A DNA stretch of 64,000 bases from a virus. Of the stretch, positions 60,463 through 64,000 are shown piece after piece. Where the stretch lies: the IMG/VR virus record IMGVR_UViG_3300050034_000098, positions 15,758 to 79,757 of that record; one strand, written 5' to 3'. The notes beneath the pieces are model-generated. The model searched no databases. It saw only the letters and a program-made list of their open reading frames with translations, and was not told the origin of the DNA. Made by a program: the position numbers and the translations under genes. Position 1 is the stretch's first letter. Each line of letters starts with the position of its first letter.

Positions 60463-63400
60463 GCGCTGTCATCCTTTGTATCTGAGAATATAATGAATCG
60501 TCTGTTTGTTGCTGTTGCAAAACTGCCATTTGTGGTGATTGTTGAGAATTATTATTCCCTAGTTTACCAAGCATCGTAACTAGTATTTTATTTTGATTTA
60601 CTAATATTCCATTAGTTTCTTTCATGGACGTTGTGCTCTGGCTTATTAATTGTGTAGCATTTTTCTGTGTTCCTGAATTTATATCAGGTGTTAACTGTTT
60701 ACCAAATGAAGAAACACCCAACTTATTTGCCGCATGATTAAGAAGTGCCACTGAATTTTTAGTATTCTTTTCTACAGGAACTACTACCTCTTTACCATCT
60801 TCACCAGCAATCGAAGGTCCATTCGTTTCTCCACCATCAGCAAACCAATTAAACATTTTTCCTGCACTTTGTAATAATCCCAAATAATTTGAGCTATTTC
60901 CGCTTGATGATGATTTTTTATTATTTGCACTATTTAGTAAATCAGCATTACCAAATGAATAATCTGTTGATTGTTTATTATTAAAATCAGTATTTGGTAA
61001 TAAACTCGTTGCAAGTGATGCTATATTTTCCCCAGAATTACTTGAGTTTTTATTATTACTTCCTAGTTTATTTATTAACTGGCTGAATAATCCACCCGTG
61101 CCAGATTGTATTCCCATAAGTGATTTTAAAGCCTCTTCGGCTAGTTGTTCCCATAATTTTTTAAATACTTTATGAAAATCTTCACCTTTTAAAAGAATTG
61201 AATCAAAAACACCTTCGGCAGATTCTTTCATCTTTTTGGTTGGTTCATCAATAGCATCTTGTAGGTCTTTTTGAGTTTGTGCCAACTGTAGTTTAAAGTC
61301 TCTATATTTCTCCGTGTCTTCGGCAAATATACTATTCTTTTTAGCTTCAATCATAAGGCTATTTAGTGCGGCAATTTTTTGTGTATAATAATCTATTTCT
61401 GTAGTTTGATTAGAATTTTCATCAGACAGTGATTTTGTTGGATGTTTTAATTTATCCATAGCCTTTTGATAATCTAGTCCTGACATAGTTTGCTTATATT
61501 CTGTTTCTGGAGTTGTAAAAGCTGATTGCTGTTCAAGTTGATTTTTAAGTTCTAGGTTTTTGACACGTTCTTCATTTGCTGTTGGATTGGTAAATATATC
61601 AATACCTTTTTTCTTGTATTGATTCATTTCAGCATCAGATATTGCAACTTGTCTTTCTAAACCACCTTGAGTTGAAACTGCTTTTGTTCCTTCGTTTCCA
61701 GATATACCCTGCATAGCGTTTTGCATTCTAGTAATTAAATCAGATTGTTTGTTTTGGTAATCAGCTACTTCTTTTATTCCTTTGATTGTTTCTTCATATT
61801 CTTTTTGCTTTGCTTCTGTTATTTGCTTTTGTATTTCTGATGATTTCTTTTCTTCTTCACTAATTTGGTTTAAATATGCTGTAATAACTTTAGCATTTGC
61901 AATCTGATCTTTATTTTGATCTATAAATTCTTTTTTAGAATCTGTGGACATTCCAGACCATTGGGTTTTTGTCATACCTTTTGCGGCAAGAACCTCTTCG
62001 GGAATAGTAACTGAAACTTCTATTTGTTGACCACCTAAACTACCTGATTCATATTGCCCCATTACATCCCTTGCATTTTTCTGTCTATCAGGATTTGCTG
62101 GTTCTGCTGGTCTTTCATAATATTTAGCAAAGGCGTAAGCGTACTGTTCAGGTGTTGTTGAATCACTATTTAAGAATTTAGAAGTTGAACTTGCTTCGGT
62201 TGTTTTCATTTCTTGTATTAAAAATGCTAACTGAGTTTCTAAAGCCGTTACATCTGAATTGTTATTTTGTGCAAATTCATTTAATGCATCTCTACGACCA
62301 CCAGTCCATTGTCCAATACCATATGAACCACTACCATCATGAGCATAAATATTAGGTTGTATTCCACTTTCAGTCATTAAATTACCAACAATTGCAGATG
62401 CCTGTTCAGGTGTGTATCCTTGTTGCATAATTGTATTCATTGCAATGGATTCGTTTGAGCCACCACCACTTGTAGTAGTTATTGCAATATTTCCACCACT
62501 AGCAAGTTCATTCAGTTTTGCAACGTCTTTATCTATTTGTTCTTTTAGTTTACTTGAAGTATCAGTAAGTGATGCAATTTTACCTTGATATGAGCCTAAT
62601 TTACTATCTAACAAATCATAAGAACTACCAAGTCTGTTTGCCATATCAGAAATTCTTGATAATGATTCAGAAAATTTATTATTAGAAATTGTATTGGCAT
62701 CGACAATTGCATTATATCCAGCCTTGCTTAATTTCTGTTCTATCTGTTCTGTTTGGTCAGTTGGCATACTTTTACCAGCCTTACCCTTTTTACCTGTATC
62801 ATCAACCTCTGATCCACCCGAAGATATTCCTTTAAAGTCTGGAAGTCCTGCTAATTTAGTTTCTGCTATTTTTTTATCTATTTCTGCTTGTTGTAATTTT
62901 AGTTTATTTAATGGACCTTCTTCTGTATTAATAATCTTTTGATTATAATAGTCAAGATTATATGAAGCACCTTCTAATTCTTGCTGTGCCATTTCTTGTC
63001 TACGTTTAATTATATCATTTCCTGGATTATCTTCGACATCTTTTGTTGTATCTGCTAAAGCCTTTTCAGAAGCACTCTTTTGTTTAGAAGCAATATCGGC
63101 TTGCTCTCTATAATATTCGTCTTGAATTGTTTTCCAAATTCCTAATGCATTTATTTTAGAAGCAATACTGTCATTAAAGTTTTTAGCATCTTGCCAATAT
63201 TCATCTATTTGTGTTTCTATTACTGCTTTTTGATTCTCTAGTGAAACAATCATTTCTTTACGAAATTCACCAGCGGCTTGCTTTTTAGCTTCTATTGCAT
63301 CTGTAAAACTTTGAGCTTCTTTCTCATACGCTTCTTTAGTCCATCCTGCATCACGAATGGTATCAACTGCGGCATCTCCCATAACTTTCCTTAGTTCAGT

Positions 63401-64000
63401 TTCAGTTGTGCCTCTATTTTTTAATGCATTATTATATTTATCAGAACCTTCTGTTGACGTTTTTACGATTCCATCTAATTTTACATAAGCACCATACATT
63501 GATTCACTAAATTCTTTTTGTTTTTGAATCGTTTCAATTTGTTGTCCTGCTAGTGCTATCTGGTCTTGTTTTGTTGCAATACTTTCTTTTTCTTTTTGAT
63601 CTTCTTCGCCAAGTGCATTTGTATAAGATTCTAAGGCATATAATCCTGCTGTTAATGCAAGTGTTATTGCAATCATTGGACCGCTTCTGCCAAGTGCTTT
63701 CATTGCAAGTGCTAACCCTTCGGTAGCAGAGGTGGTTTCTCTTATTTTAGTAGCTAAATTTGCTACGGTTGCAATTGTTTCTGCTGTTACGAATTTTTTA
63801 AGCAATGAATTTACGGCGGCTAGTGTTATTGCTAGTTTAGCTAATGAGCCAACTGCGCTTAATGTTTCAGGACTGATTTTCTGCAATCCCATAACGAAAG
63901 CATCTATAGAAGATACTTGTTCTTTAAAGAATTGAGTTAGTCCCCCTTGCCCTGAATTTGAAATGATTGAAGCCATATCAACCTTTAATGATTGGAGTCG
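60437..64000 (-). CDS. Tape measure protein (5' end outside window) with phage-tail lysozyme domain
   Basis: Long helical repeats; lysozyme domain at about 62050-62445 (ASAIVGNLMTESG...YGIGQWTGGR...QL.F...E...YERP); frame open to the window edge. Confidence 0.92.
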   Translation of the reverse strand, partial: RLQSLKVDMASIISNSGQGGLTQFFKEQVSSIDAFVMGLQKISPETLSAVGSLAKLAITLAAVNSLLKKFVTAETIATVANLATKIRETTSATEGLALAMKALGRSGPMIAITLALTAGLYALESYTNALGEEDQKEKESIATKQDQIALAGQQIETIQKQKEFSESMYGAYVKLDGIVKTSTEGSDKYNNALKNRGTTETELRKVMGDAAVDTIRDAGWTKEAYEKEAQSFTDAIEAKKQAAGEFRKEMIVSLENQKAVIETQIDEYWQDAKNFNDSIASKINALGIWKTIQDEYYREQADIASKQKSASEKALADTTKDVEDNPGNDIIKRRQEMAQQELEGASYNLDYYNQKIINTEEGPLNKLKLQQAEIDKKIAETKLAGLPDFKGISSGGSEVDDTGKKGKAGKSMPTDQTEQIEQKLSKAGYNAIVDANTISNNKFSESLSRISDMANRLGSSYDLLDSKLGSYQGKIASLTDTSSKLKEQIDKDVAKLNELASGGNIAITTTSGGGSNESIAMNTIMQQGYTPEQASAIVGNLMTESGIQPNIYAHDGSGSYGIGQWTGGRRDALNEFAQNNNSDVTALETQLAFLIQEMKTTEASSTSKFLNSDSTTPEQYAYAFAKYYERPAEPANPDRQKNARDVMGQYESGSLGGQQIEVSVTIPEEVLAAKGMTKTQWSGMSTDSKKEFIDQNKDQIANAKVITAYLNQISEEEKKSSEIQKQITEAKQKEYEETIKGIKEVADYQNKQSDLITRMQNAMQGISGNEGTKAVSTQGGLERQVAISDAEMNQYKKKGIDIFTNPTANEERVKNLELKNQLEQQSAFTTPETEYKQTMSGLDYQKAMDKLKHPTKSLSDENSNQTTEIDYYTQKIAALNSLMIEAKKNSIFAEDTEKYRDFKLQLAQTQKDLQDAIDEPTKKMKESAEGVFDSILLKGEDFHKVFKKLWEQLAEEALKSLMGIQSGTGGLFSQLINKLGSNNKNSSNSGENIASLATSLLPNTDFNNKQSTDYSFGNADLLNSANNKKSSSSGNSSNYLGLLQSAGKMFNWFADGGETNGPSIAGEDGKEVVVPVEKNTKNSVALLNHAANKLGVSSFGKQLTPDINSGTQKNATQLISQSTTSMKETNGILVNQNKILVTMLGKLGNNNSQQSPQMAVLQQQQTDDSLYSQIQRMTAHGYDFSSK

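Larger units (their letters stand above)
1..64000. mobile_element. Segment of a large tailed dsDNA bacteriophage (siphovirus-like), probable Negativicutes host
   Basis: Dense small ORFs, phage replication module, tape measure, tail-tip and lysis genes; no host housekeeping operons. The host is an inference from endolysin type and tail tip. Confidence 0.95.

Noticed and set aside
1-64000. tRNA, rRNA, integrase, reverse transcriptase (DGR/retron) or DNA methyltransferase genes
   Set aside because: No matching motifs seen by eye; tRNAscan/HMM searches would be needed to exclude them fully

Overview
This 64 kb window is an AT-rich segment of a large tailed dsDNA phage (siphovirus-type tail). It contains no rRNA, tRNA, CRISPR array or integrase that I can see. 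Layout: (i) 1-2899 (-) start of the packaging/late operon (HNH-AP2 homing endonuclease, probable small terminase, small ORFs, a GT2 glycosyltransferase running off the left edge); (ii) about 2900-4130 a 1.2 kb non-coding region with a GC-rich island (candidate genome end/pac region); (iii) 4149-11700 divergent early region of small ORFs behind many near-consensus sigma70/sigA promoters; (iv) 11804-49923 (+) replication, recombination and nucleotide-metabolism region (DnaE-type Pol III alpha, ERF annealase, primase, DnaB, Cas4-like nuclease, SSB, class II RNR with a LAGLIDADG intein, ThyX, dUTPase, radical SAM enzyme, HslV-like Ntn peptidase, sigma-like regulator, phosphoesterase); (v) 50076-64000 (-) lysis cassette and lambda-like tail tip plus tape measure. 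A Firmicute-type gene set with a Gram-negative-type tail tip and a CBD-less amidase suggests a diderm Firmicute (Negativicutes) host (inference). The most distinctive unexplained signal is a dispersed, fixed-spacing 60-bp intergenic element (CCTATA-N4-TATA palindrome, AT-rich core, TTTGTAGAAGAA starting 48 bp after the first C) in six copies at transcription-unit boundaries, several pointing antisense to early/middle genes. All calls come from motif recognition by eye; no searches were run.
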